Source: Geosiphon pyriformis uo1
Lineage: Eukaryota; Fungi; Glomeromycota
NCBI GenBank assembly: GCA_016748015.1
Contig: JAAOMT010000200.1
Coordinates: 556,984-620,983 of the forward strand
Direction of reading: 5' to 3'
DNA length: 64,000 bases
The notes below the pieces were generated by a model that had not been told where the DNA came from, made no database searches, and saw only the letters and a program-made list of their open reading frames with translations. The position numbers and the translations under genes were made by a program. Shown here piece by piece: positions 42,048 to 55,500 of the stretch. How positions within the stretch are numbered: the first letter of the stretch is position 1; each line of letters opens with the position of its first letter.

Positions 42048-45000
42048 GTACCTTAAAAACTCTGTTTTGAACACATTAAAGGTGACAGGCTTGTTGATTA
42101 AGCTTTAATATCATAAGTTGGTGGTATTTTGGAAAAAGTATGGGATGGCTTGCATGGCTCTGTCATCATTCCACCCATTGGCTGTGATGGCTTTTTTTAC
42201 ATTGTTTAGTCATACTTGGGCATCATGCTCTTTATTAGTAAATTTTTTAAGTTTTGTAATTGGTACATATGCCATTGGATCTAAGTTGAATTGTTGTAAT
42301 GGTTGAAGTGGCTGTTGTAATAGTTGCTGCAGTGGTATTTGTTGCTGTTAAATCAGTCCAACTGGTGGCTGATCAATGACAATTACTGGAGGTAAGTTTT
42401 GCTAATTAATTAACTTAGGGTTTGGATTGTCCTGATTTGGTGGTACTTGAATATTCGGAGTTTTGATTTCTGGATTTTTCAAGTTTAGATTTTGCTGAGT
42501 TTGAAGGTTTAGGGTTTCAACTTCTGGGTTTTTGGGGATCAGATTCTGGCAAGTAAATTCTTGATCTTCAGATTTTTTTTCTCTTCTTCCTGTTCTCCTT
42601 CTAATTTTGTTATTTTCTAAAAACTCACAGTTCTGAAATCTGGTTGGGGTGGTGGGAATTGAAGTTCTAATGGCATGAGTAATTGTAACTTAAATCTTTT
42701 AAAATACACACCATATAGTTTTAGAAGATCTTTTTTCTTTTGTTTACTCTGAAATAGGAATCATTCAAATGTTGATGTTGTGGTTGATGTGAATGCATCT
42801 GTTGATGTGATGTTGATGACACTTTTTGGTATATAGTGATATGATAGATTTGTTGATGATTCTATTTTTGTTTTCTTCCAAGTTGGTAGTTGTATTTTTT
42901 TAGGCATTACTGCTGGTGTTTGTAATCTTCTTTTGTCTTTGTCTGCATAGATAATAAGAAATTGTTGTTGAGTGTATCTTTCAATGGTTTGATTAATTTC
43001 CTTGATAATTGGTGTGAAGCTATGGTTTCTTGGTAAGCTGGTGTGTTGAAATAATTCTGTATAAAAGTTTTCTCTTGCTGATTCAATGTTAACTATTCCT
43101 CTTAAGCAGTCTGTAATTTTATTGTTGGTGTAGAAGTTGAAGACTGATTCTGCTGGAAAGTGGTTATTGTTTAGTCTTAATTATTGGCTGTACTGTTGAA
43201 ACAAAGATTTGGTGAATCCTAAATAATTTGCTCTTATGATTTCTGATTCTGCCACTTTTAGATGATTGTTGTTGGTGCTGGTTCTTTGTAAAATTATATC
43301 TTACAGGGAGCACTAAATATTACAGATAATTATTTGGGGTCTCAAATCAAATAACAAATCTGTAACTTGGTGCTCAAAAGCTATTTGTGTTGACAATAAT
43401 TTGATGGTTTTGTGATCTGAAGGTTTTGGTTGAGTTCTTTGTATAATAAACAAAGATTTAATAGGTGTTTTCAGTAGTCTTCTGGAATTGCAATTCCATC
43501 AATTTTTTTCTTGGCTTGGTGGCCAGCAATCCTCTGGTAAGTAATTTGTAATTTTTGTACATGCTTTACTTACTTACAGGAGTCTTTTACCAAGCAATCT
43601 TTGACATCAATAATTTAGTGCTTAATTTTTAATCAATTTAATAAACAATAAAATAGCAAAAAAAAAATAAAAGAAAATAAAGAAGTAAGCCAATGCAATT
43701 TTGCAAGTTAGTATCCTGTTAATAGCTGTGATTAAGAGCTATTGTTTCAGTGTAGTTAAGTATGAATTATTATCAACATGAAGTGTTAATAGTGGAAAGT
43801 GGATTGAGATAGTGAATAATTATTTATTAATATTTGTGATGTAAAAGGTTGCTTAAATCAAATCTAAACTGAGAGGTTTCTAACTAAAGAATTCTGTCTT
43901 TTTCTCTTTCTAATACTACTGCTATATATACATAATTGAGATTTTTCAATTCCTCAATTTCTCACACCAGAAATCCTGAAATTCCTGAAATCCTGCAATT
44001 TCTTTAAGAGAAATTCTGGAATTCTGAAATCCTGCGATTTTTTATATGAAAATCCTAAAATTTCTGGAATTCTAGAATTCCACATTTACTATGGTTATTT
44101 CTGATTGGCTAATTTATGCTAATATATACTTTCTATATTCTATAAGTAACAGTATATATTTAAAACAATATTAACTGTATCTAATTTTTATAATTAATGC
44201 TAAATAAAAAAAAACATATTACTAATCTGATTAAAAATAAAGATCTTACTGTAAATTAAGTAAAAGTTAAGAGTTATTTGGAAATTTTTGGCAATATAAA
44301 GACTAATATAATCATGAACAAGACTGTTTACTTTCTCTTTTCTTTGCCAAAAAAGATGCAAAAATGTTTTTTAATGATTGAAAACACAATGTGTTTAATA
44401 ATATTTGTTATTTTATTTAAGATTTATTTAGATTTATTTGTTATATTTAATGAAAAACTGGTCTTGGCCATAATATAATTCTGAATGCATTAATTAAAGA
44501 AGTAAATTGGGTGGTTATAATTAAGGTTTGACATCCTAATTTGCATATGCTTTTTAGGTTTACTAATAGGAAGTCTGCTAATCTGTGTATATACTTAATA
44601 AAAGCTGTATATAAATAGTTATTGATGGCAGTTAAAAAGAAATTGTATAATAAAAGATACTTCAATATGCTATGTTTGTTGTGTAATAAGGTGAAATTGT
44701 CTAATTATGTCTTTATTTGTGTTTAAGATGTTGGTGTTTATAAAGAAATTTTGACTAAGGTTTTTGCATAATAAGTTGCTTTAACAGATGCTTATAATTA
44801 ATCTTCTTTTGCTATTTTGCATATACTTTCTAAATATTTATTGAATGTAAGCCTGTATGCAGTAATTTGTAAAAGTTTTGTATTAAAAAATTGGTACATG
44901 AAAACTGTTAGAGTTTTTAATAAAAAAAAGCTGTTTTACTATTATTAAATATGTTAAGTATTTAGTAAAATTATATTATACTGGAGCATAGTTAATAAAA

Positions 45001-45309
45001 TTCAAATTTAAAGTAGATATAGAAAAAGCTGGATTGGTTGAAAATAGTAGTTTAATATTAGAACTGTCTTGTAATATGATGTCTATATTGTCAAATAAAG
45101 TGGTTTAGTTGTTTGGTATTATTAACTTTTTTATTGTTAGTTTTGATAGATATATACTATGTCTTTTTTTTTCTGGTTTAAGTAATAACATATATGTTTA
45201 TATAAGTATATAATGTTGCCTTGTTTGGTTTAAGTGGCTAACCACATGTAGTATAAGTGTGAATCACATTTAGTTTGAGCCACTTAATTTGGTTTTATGT
45301 ACTAGATAA

Positions 45310-46466
45310 TATTACTTATAAAAATTTAGAAATTCTTAATAAGAATATAAAGCAGCCAATTAAAGATAGGCATAATAAGAGAGAAATTTTAGGATTCCTC
45401 TTAAGAAATTGCAGAATTTCAGGAATTTCAAGATTTCTTTCAAGAAATTACAAAATTCTAAGAATTCCAAGATTCTTGGCTAGAAGAATTAAAAGAATTC
45501 AAAAAATCTTATATAATAGTAATTATGTATATATAGTGAAAGTATTAAAAACAGAAAAAACAGAATTTGGTTTAGAATTAATATTCACAATCAATTAATT
45601 ACTCAATATCTCTCTTTTCAAAAGGTAGTTTTTTATAACTTGAAATGAAATCCAAATCACATATTAATAAAATATCAATTATTACCTGAATTCATGTTAT
45701 TGTTATTAATTAAAAAATATTAATTACTGCTATTTTATCAACACTTTATGTTGATAGAATTTACCACTTAACTATACTAGACCAATAGTTTTTGATTACA
45801 ACTATTAACAGAATACTAATTTTTTTATTTTTTTTTATTTTTTTTATTTTTTTATTTTGTTGTTTACTAATTGATTAAAAAATTAATGCACAGAGTTATT
45901 GACATCAAAAAAAACTGGTAAAAGACCCAAAAACAAGAATAAAAACTCGAAAATTAAAGATAACTTATCAAGAAGAATTGATCATTAAGCTAAGAAAGAA
46001 ATTCATAGAATAAGCTTTCAAGAGAGTACTAAAACAACTATTGAATCTCTGTTTATTATACAAAAACTTAATCAAAACCTTCAAATCACAAAAATCTTCA
46101 GAAATTACCAATATTACTAAGCTATTAAGTACTAAGTTACAGGTTTGTTATTTGTATCAACACCCTAAATAATTACTTGTAACATTTGGTGCTCTCTGTA
46201 AAGTATAATCTAACAGAAAACCAGCACCAACAATAATTATCTAAAACAGTGGCAGAATCAAAAAAAATAGGAACAAATCAATTAAAATTCATAAAAGCTT
46301 TATTCTAATACTATCAAACTCACTTTAGATTAACAAGTAACTATTGGCCAGCAAAATCAACTTTTAATTTTTACATTAATAAAAAGATTAAATTATACTT
46401 AAAAGACCAAGGAAATTTAGAAGCAGCACTTAACAGTTTCTATAATAAATTATTTCAGAATACTAT
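45310..46466 (+). mobile_element. Gypsy copy 3: 5' LTR (45310-46184), PBS and start of gag extension, interrupted at 46467
   Basis: TATTAC...GTAACA followed by TT-TGGTGCTCTCTGT and ACA GTG GCA GAA TCA. Confidence 0.85.
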
Positions 46467-46569
46467 TGTTACTTATATAAAAAAAAAAAATTTAAAAAAC
46501 AGATAGAAAAATAAACCAATAGGAGAATAATACTTAATACATAAGCACAATATCAGAAAACTATAATAC

Positions 46570-46680
46570 ATTGTTAATAAATTATGGTATACTGCTCAAC
46601 AATATGAGCAATGTTAATAAATTAGGACACATTGCTCAACAATATAAGCAATGTTAATAAATTAGAACATATTGTTTAAG
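46570..46680 (+). repeat. ~40-bp tandem repeat (about 2.5 copies) in U3 of LTR 46467
   Basis: Unit TTGCTCAACAATATGAGCAATGTTAATAAATTAGGACACA with internal inverted repeat TTGCTCA/TGAGCAA. Confidence 0.85.
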
Positions 46681-47812
46681 AAAATATGAGATCTTATAGA
46701 ACAAAAAAATATGTATATATAGCAAGAGTATTGGAAACAGAAAAGATAGAATTAATCTAAGAATTTATAAAAAAATTCACATTAAATTAAATACTCACAA
46801 TTAATTAATTATTCAATACCTTTTTCTTTACAAGATAGTTTTTTACAACTTAAAGTAGAATCAAATTACATATCAATAAAATATTAATTACTACTTGAAT
46901 TTATGTTATTATTGTTTGATTAAAAAATATTTATCACTTCTATTTTATCAACATAAAGTGTTAATAAAATCTAATATTTAACTATATTGAACCAATAGTT
47001 TTTGTTTATGGCTATTAACAAAATACTAATTTCTTAATTTTTTTTTTATTTTTTTTATTTTTTTTTATTTTTTATTTTTTTTTGTTTGTTTTGTAAATTT
47101 ACTAACTAATTAAAGGAATTAAGCATTAAGTATTTTAACATTAAGGATAGTCTGGTAAAAAACCCAGAAATAAGAGTATAAAACTCAAAAATTAAGGATA
47201 GCTTATTAGAAAAACACAACTGTCAAAATAAACCAGTCACCACACTAAAGAAAGAAATTGACAGAATAACTATCCTGAGAGACTACTAAAACAACCATTG
47301 AATCTTTGTTTATTATACAAAAAACTCTACCAAAATCTTTAAATCATGAAAATCTTTAAATATTACTGATATCACTCAGTTATTAAGCACTAAGTTATGA
47401 GTTTGTTATTTGTATTAACACCTCAAATAATTATCTATAACATTTGGTCTGTAAGATATAATCTAGCAGAGAACCAGTATCAACAAGAGTCATTAAAAAC
47501 AGTGGCAGAATCAGAAGAAACAAAAACAAACTACTTGAAATTCATAAAAGCTTTATTCCAATACTATCAAATTCACCTTAGATTGACAAGTAACTATTGG
47601 TCAGCAGAATCAACTTTTAACTTTTACATTAACAAAAAAATTAAGTTTTACTTAAAAAACCAAGAAAATCTAGAAGCAGCACTCAACAATTTTTAGAGTA
47701 AATTATTTCAAAATATCATACTTTTACAAAATCATTTATTTGCTCTAATAATTACAAAAATCAACAAAAAAATTGAAAAGCACACCAAACAGAAATTTTC
47801 TATCATCTTTAT

Positions 47813-48769
47813 TGTTACCAGTAGAATTTTAGCTATTAATTAGCATGAAATTACCCTTATAATTCCTATTATTAATTAGCATATATCATTATTATTTCGA
47901 TTATTACTTATTATTTAATTAAATTATCAAATATCATTACTCAATCAATAATCCGATTTGTACTCTAGAAATTAAGATAATCAAATTACACAATATCTTG
48001 AATCATTTAACATAGTCAAAATTCGCCGAAATTAATGAAAATTGGTCGAAATAATCAATAGTTCAGTGAAATAACTTGTAAGTTTGCCAAAATGTATCTT
48101 TAGTTCACCCAAATTGTAGCAAAGAGAAAAGTGCAAGTTCAAAGACTAATACTACAACAAGTTGTATAAAAGAAGAGCTTTTCTCTTCAAGAAAATGTAT
48201 CTTCTCATAGTATCTTACTTTAGATATCTTAATTGAAACAAATCATCTTTTACATATTCAAATAAAAATTAAATATTCGAAAACCAAATCCTTAAATTAT
48301 TGCATTTGTAATTCTTTCAACACAACTAAACGTTTTGAAATTGATTAGCTACCAATTTTAATAAACTGTTAGTGACTCCAGGCCTGGATAGAAAACATTT
48401 TCATTGACAAAATTCTATTTCTTTTACATTTCTTTATTTTTCTTTATTTTCTTATCATAATCATTAGGGTAGCCTACAGACAAGATTCCTGTAGAAAAGT
48501 TGACTTTTATAGCAAAGTAACTACACATTTTAGTGAGCTTCCAAATAAGCAATTTCTGGAAAAAAGTTGATGTTTACTACAATATAACTACACAAAGTAA
48601 CTGGCATGGAATTGGCCATTCTATTTATAAGCCCAACAGTTCAAATTATAGGAGATAATTTAAAGATAAATTCAGTTACTGAAGGTCCAACTACTTCTGG
48701 AAAATGTGAATTCACAGCAAATCAACATTAACAACATTCAAAAAAAGAGACCAAAAACTTCTGGTAACA
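47813..48769 (+). mobile_element. Solo LTR, third family
   Basis: TGTTACCAGTAG...CTTCTGGTAACA inverted termini; perfect TSD TTAT; TATAAAAG at ~48165; host gag extension resumes at 48770. Confidence 0.88.
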
Positions 48770-50991
48770 TTATAGACAACAAAAAAGAAAAACTACAAAT
48801 ACCAACAAGAACACCAAAAAAAATACAACTACCTACATAAAAAAACCAAGAGTAGTTTTACTTATTTACCTATTATATTATTATATATCTGGTAGTACTA
48901 TTAATATACTATTAGGAGTTGTATCATTATTAGTAAAAACACTTTCAGCAAGAATAATGTTCTAAAGCCAACAAAAAAAAGCCGATTTATTGGGAACTTA
49001 TGGCAATTTCTTTGAAGGATTTAAATCATGATTACCAATGCCATCAGAATTTTGATTACTGTCACTTCAACCAGATTTCAAAGTCACTAGTCTTTAGAAA
49101 AGAACCAACTTAAAAAAAAAAGACGAAGATCAAGAATTTAATTATTAAAATTTGATCTTAAAAAACCCAAAAATACAAACTCTGATTATTTAGGCTTAGC
49201 AAAACCAGAACAATCTAAACTCTGCTTTTATTGTTCTCTAAAACTTACTTCCAGTAATTGTAATTGATCCATTACTGATTGTACTAATTGTTATTCAACA
49301 ATAATACACTTAACAATAACAACTTTAATAGCAATCACTACAACAACTATTACTAATAGCATATGCTTCTATTGCCAAATTAAAAAAATTTACTGGCAAA
49401 GAAGACAACATTCAAGTCTGACTTAATAATATTGTTAAAGCAATTACTATTAATAACTGAAACAATATTAAAGTCTTACAAACTATCCTGTACTTTTTAC
49501 AAAATATTGCCAATTTATGATATCAAAGCTTGATCAACAAACCCATTACTTTTAACATGTTTAAAATTGAATTTTTAAAATACTTTAGTAATAATAACAG
49601 CATTAATTACTTGGCAATAACATTTACCACTATTAAACAGAGTGACATAAAAACAGTTATTATTTATTTAAAACATTTTTATAGAAATTTGTGCCAAATT
49701 CAAGTCATCAACACTAATTATTTTACAGCACTAAAAATTCTGAATCAGTTTATCTATGATCTGTGCAGTAGTTTTCTATAATATATATGCTTATTACATT
49801 CACAAACACTTCAAAACACAGTCATATACACCAGAGATTTTAAATCTGCCAAACTCAAAGCCAACCATGCCCAAACAATTAATCTAGTAATAAATAGATC
49901 ATCTAAATTAGATACTAAATTGAAACAATTTGGCAAAGCCATTAATCAAAAAATCAAGAAATACTTAATTAACAATTAGACAATCTATTAACTTTTACAA
50001 TATTATAACAATACAGAAAACTCTAATTGTTTTCAGAATTAATTGTGTTTATTATTTTCATTAACCAATTAACAGTGACAACAAAAAATGTGTAATTGCT
50101 ACTATTGTGGTAAACAAAGACATCTAAGAATAGACTGTCAACAATAGTTAAGTAATCAACAATTAGAAAATCAATATTATAACTCCAATTGACAATTTTA
50201 AAACCCAAACTATATCAGTAATTAATCACTTAAACAATATTACTATCAATTGTATTATTCTTAACTAATACAACTAATTAATTAGCCATCAATCTATCAA
50301 ATTCTAACATCAATAATTTATTAGTTGTTTCAGTCCCAAATAATGTATTAACCACAACAAATTCAAACTCAGTTTCAGAACTTACCTTCTAATGAAAATT
50401 AAAGACTAAAAACCACTTATATCCAACAAAACTGGAGATTGGTAATAGTAATGCACCAACTAATCTTCAATTCCTTAAATCAACTATCAGAATTATGTTA
50501 ATGGAGTTTAGGCAATAAGTACACCCAAAACCCAAATTTCCAGAACTACTTAAATCTCTTGGTCACTTCAAAAGATACCCAATTCAACAAACAGGAACTC
50601 AATCAAACTCAACCATCTACTAGCAAAATTTTACCAACAGTTATTACTGAAAATAAATCACTGGCCACTATTTTTTCTTTTAAACTTAAAGAATCAATGA
50701 CTATGCTTTTATTTAATGGAGCTGTTCTTAATATTAAACTTATTATTACTATGTACACCAATGTTAAAGTTAATGGCCAACTTATTAAACTAATACTTGA
50801 CAGTGAATTAGTAAGGAGCATTATTATATGACAACTTATAGACCAATTAAATTACTGAGTTGATTGTGCTGCCAATGCTAGAATTATTACAGCTAATGAA
50901 ATAACAAAGACTTTAATTGGTGAAATTAATGATTTCTTATTCAAAGTTAACAGCATTATTATGACAATCAAGATTCTTATTATAAAACTAT

Positions 50992-51866
50992 TGTTACAGG
51001 TGATTATTTCTGCTGTTGAATTAAATAACAAACCCGTAACTTGGTGCTCAAAAGCTACTTCCATGGATAAGATTCTGCAAGTGTTGTATCTGAAGGTTTT
51101 GATAAAGTTTTTTGTATAATGGACAGAGATTCAATAGTGTTGATAGTAGATGTATTTTTCCAAGAGTTTTCCCAATTTCTTTTTCAGTGTGGTGGCCAAA
51201 TTTAGTCTGGCAGTCGTGCCATTCTGGTAAGCTATCTGATAATATATAAAATCCTACCCTTATTTCTGGATCTTTTACCAGACTATTTTTTGATGTCAAT
51301 AACTCAGTGTTTAATCTTTTAATCAATTAGTATACAACAACAAAATCAAAACAAAAGAAAATAAAATAAAGAAAATTAAAAAATAAAAAAAATAGAGAAA
51401 ACAAGCCAAGACAATTTGGTATGTTAGTATCTTTGTCAATAGCTGTGATCAAGAGCTATTGTTCTAGCGTGGTTAAGTATTAATTACTATCAACATGAAG
51501 TGTTGATAGTGGAGAGTGGATTGAGATATAAAATAATTATTTATTTGATGATTTTGTTTCTAGGCTAAGGATTCTGTGGTATTGATTCTGTCTTTTCAGT
51601 TTCTAACACTACTGCTATATATACATAATTGGGATTCCTCAATTCTTTGATTCTTCATAACAGGAATCCTGGAATTCCTGGAATCTTGTGATTCCTTTGA
51701 GAGGAATCCTGGAATTCTGGAATCCTGCAATTCCTCGTCAGGGAATCCTGAAATTCCTGGAATCCTGCAATTCCTGAAAGAAATTCTGGAATTCCACATT
51801 TACTATGCTTACTTCTGATTGGCTAATAATTATGCTAATATATTTCCTATATTTCTATGAGTAACA
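50992..51866 (-). repeat. 3' LTR of copy 2
   Basis: Direct repeat of 60294-61145 with one 23-bp indel. Confidence 0.95.
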
Positions 51867-51881
51867 TTATTCTCTTCTTTT
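51867..51881 (-). other. Polypurine tract
   Basis: AAAAGAAGAGAATAA immediately before the 3' LTR; equivalent tract at 34097-34111. Confidence 0.8.
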
Positions 51882-52509
51882 AATATTGAGCTCCATCAAA
51901 ATCCAACTCATGTAATTTCTCTTCTTGAAGTATTTTCTGGATTTCATTTTTGAGAATTACTTGTGTTATTTGGGTCTGTAATTCTTCAAATTGAGCATTG
52001 GTGATTTTTCCCAATTGATTACTGGTAACCATATCCATTGCTTTATTGAGCAATATTTCTGGTTTATTCTAAAATACTGTGTATATTTGATATATGGCTC
52101 AGGCTTGTGTGGATAAGTTGTTCTTTCCCAAAAAATGTTCTAATTGTTGTAGTATTCTTTTGTCGAATAATTGCTTTGTTTTATCCGTATATAGATTCTG
52201 GATATTTATATGTTGTCCCAAGTAAAAATAACAATAGTTTTGTGAAAATTGTTGTATCCACCAATTCCAAGTTTCTTTAGTCAACTCTTGATATAGTGAC
52301 TCTTTTGTCGATTCTTTTATTGCTAATTTTACTTTCACCATGATTTTGTCCACCGTATTTTCAGTTTTCTTTGGTGTTCTGAGTTGTAATGTCTTTCTAG
52401 TATCTTGATATTGAATGGTTTGTTGATTGATTGTAATCTCCATTTCCTGGTGTTGGATTAATTGAAAGAGTTGTTGTGCTAGTGAGTAAATATTGTCTGT
52501 AATTTTCAT
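51880..52509 (-). pseudogene. Gypsy ORF3 of unknown function (copy 2)
   Basis: MKITDNIYSLAQQLFQL...DFDGAQY*, ~210 codons, two decay-type stops and no frameshift. Confidence 0.78.
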
Positions 52510-52563
52510 TTTTCTGATATTTCTTGTCGCGTCTATCATGTCTTTATATATTCTTTTGATTGA

Positions 52564-55500
52564 TCAATTTAACGTGTTGTTGTTAATAATAACAATTGGT
52601 TCCAGATCTTGTGGAATCTTATCTGGTCAGACTAATATCCTCTGTACTCCTAATTGTGGAATATTACTGGTAGATGGTAGTGTGATGTTGTGATATGGCT
52701 TCAGTCAATCCCCATGTGCTGCTTTGGTTAAAATTTTGTTATCCAATCTTAATTTGTAAGCTCCATTTCCTAGAATTTTTTCTATGTGAAATGGTTTGTC
52801 TCATTTGGGGTCAAATTTTCCACTCCATTGTTTTTCCGCTTTGGTATAATGTAGTAATACTTTGTCTCCAATCTTGAATTCAACTGGTTTGTCTGGTAGT
52901 TGACTATTGTGTTTTTTTTTCTGTTTTTCTTGTGACTTTTGAATATTATCAGCTGCTCTTCGTTGTTTGTTTTCCAATGTTTCTATTAAGTCATATGTTC
53001 TTCTCAGCAATGTTTCTTGAAAATTTTCTTCTGTTATTGGTTCAGCTGGATATGTATTAATTTTTCTCTCTACTAGTAACATTGTTGTTCTCCCATATAC
53101 TAATTCAAATGGTGTTGTTTGTGTAGTATCTTGTTTTATTATCTGATAAGCAAATAGTACTGATGGTATGAACAAATCCCAATTGTTCTGGTTTTCTTGG
53201 CTGAGCTTGGCTATTGCTTCACACAGTGTTTTATTGAATCTTTTTACTAATCTGTTGGTTTGTGGATGGTATGGTGATAATAATGGTCTCTTGATTCCGA
53301 ATTTTTGGCTCAATTTTGTTAATGTTCTGTTCACAAAATGAGTTCCTTGGTCTGATAATAATTTTTTTGGACATTCATGTTAACAAATCAAATCCTGATA
53401 AACAAATTTGGCAACAGATTTTGCATCCGTTTTTTGAATTGCTTTTGCCTCTGGCCATTTAGTGAGATAGTCCATAGCTACTGCTATGTATCTGTTTTCT
53501 CTGCTGGTGATTGTTAATGGTCCAACTAAATCAATTCTAATATGGTCAAATAGTTGTCCTACTTTGATTGGTCTTAATGGTTCACTGGGTTTTGTTCCTT
53601 CTCTTTACTGACAAGCATTACAATTTTGAACATATTGAATGATGTCTGGGTACATTAATGGCCAATAGTATCTCTTTCTGGTTTTTTTCATGGTTGCTTC
53701 TTTGTGAAAATGTCCTGCTGTTGGATTTGAGTACATGTTGAATAATATTGTCTCTTTTTCTGGCTCTATAATTACTCTGGTTGGTTGATCTGGATCCCTT
53801 CTATTTTTCCAATAAAGTATATTTTGATGAGTGATAAAATATTTAGATTGTTGTTTAATACTTTTTCATTCTGTTTGAGATAAATTTTCCTTGAACTATT
53901 GAGTATTTATATAATGTTACAATTGTTAATATTTTTGTATGTTCATCTTTTGTTGTATTTTTCCATTAGTATTGTTCTGGTTTTGTTATATTTTTGGGTT
54001 GAAATGTTCTTAGATTTGTCTCATTCACAATAAACTGTTTGCATTTCCGTTGTCTTTTCCTTTTTTATAATGTATAGTGTACTTATATGATGCGAATGCC
54101 ATTTTTTATCTTGACTGTCTTTCATTTCCAAATTCTTATTTTTGAAGCGATGTTAATTCTTTGTGATCTGTGTACACCTCAAACTTCTGGCTTAAATATT
54201 CTTTCTATTTTATGACTGACTAGTATATTGCTAAGTGTTTTTTTTCTGGTGTTCTATAGTTCTTTTCGGCCAGTGTTAAACTTCTGCTGGCATATGCCAC
54301 TGGATGTTCTCTGCCGTCTGGTCTTCTCTGAGATAGTACTGCTCCTAATGCCTAGCCGGATGCATTTGTGGTGATGATAAATGGTTTGCTGTGATCTGGA
54401 TAGATCAGTACTAGAGCTTGTATAAGCTTTCTTTTTAGAATATCAAAAGCTTCTTATTGACTTTCGGTCTATTCATATTTTGTATCTTTGTTTTGTATTT
54501 GGTTGAGTGGCTGCACTATCTTGGAAAAGTTCTTGATAAAATGTTGATAGTAGCTGGCGAATCCCAAGAATGATTTCAGTTCTGTCATATTGGTTGGCAC
54601 TGGAAAGTTCTTTACTATCTCTATTTTCTCCAGATCTATTTTGATGCCATCTTTGCTGACTATGTGTCCCAAGAATTTTAGTTCTGTCTTGCTAAAGAAG
54701 CATTTTGTTGTATTTAATTTTAGTCCTGCTCTTCTTAGTCTTTCGAACACTTGTTGGAGATAATGAAGATGATCATCAAACATTTTTGAGAATACATTGG
54801 TGTTGTCTAAGTATACAACTACTGATTTCCACAATAAGCCAGTATAAACAATTTCCATTAGCCGTTGGAAAGTTGCTGGGGCATTGGTTAAGCCGAATGG
54901 CATCACTTCAAATTCGAAATTCCCTTCTCTAATAGTAAATGCCGTCTTCTCTTTGTCAGCTGGATTCATGGCTACTTGCCAGTAACCACTGTCCAAATCT
55001 AATGTTAAGAACCATTTGTTCCCACCGAAAGCGTCGAATAATTTCTGTATTTGTGGAGTTGGATAACTGTCTCCACGAGTTACATCATTGAGTTTCCTGT
55101 AATCTACACAAAACCAGATTTTTCTATTCTTCTTATGGACAAATACCACTGGTGATGACCATGGGCTCATTGATAGTTGAATTAGTTCATTGTCAAGCAT
55201 TCTGTTTATCTTTTGATGAATGATCTCATGGCTGGCTGGCGACACTCTGTATGCTCTTTGTTTGATTGGCATTGCATCTCCAGTCTTGATCTGATGCTGG
55301 ATGATGTCAGTTCAGCCAAACTCATTTTTGCTGGCAAAGATGTCATTGAAATTGTTGAATAACATCTTGAGCTGCATACATTGGAGTGGATCTAAGTTTC
55401 CTATGTTTATTTGTTCTAATTGTTCTGATTAGAGCAAATAACATTTGTCTCATCCATAGATTGTTTGTGATGTGATGTCAACATATCCACAAAGTTGTGG

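Larger units (their letters stand above)
33228..44151 (-). mobile_element. Full-length degenerate Ty3/gypsy LTR retrotransposon (copy 1)
   Basis: LTRs 33228-34096 and 43318-44151; TSD GTGT/GTAT; gag, protease (LILDSKSA), dUTPase, RT, RNase H, integrase (35525-36121) and ORF3 (34111-34743). Confidence 0.95.
28790..45309 (+). mobile_element. 5'-truncated LINE (copy B), split by gypsy 33228-44151 and cut near its 3' end by the LTR at 45310
   Basis: 28790-33227 is collinear with 22490-27805; RNase H resumes at 44152; 3'UTR at 45210-45309 matches the reverse complement of 14565-14660. Confidence 0.88.

Noticed and set aside
46570-46680. Palindromic repeat resembling a CRISPR array
   Set aside because: The intervening sequences are repeated rather than unique, it lies within an LTR, the context is eukaryotic and there are no cas genes.
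47813-48769. MITE or DNA transposon interpretation of the 12-bp inverted termini
   Set aside because: TG...CA ends, 4-bp TSD, size and internal TATA match the neighbouring LTRs; a solo LTR is more parsimonious, though not proven.
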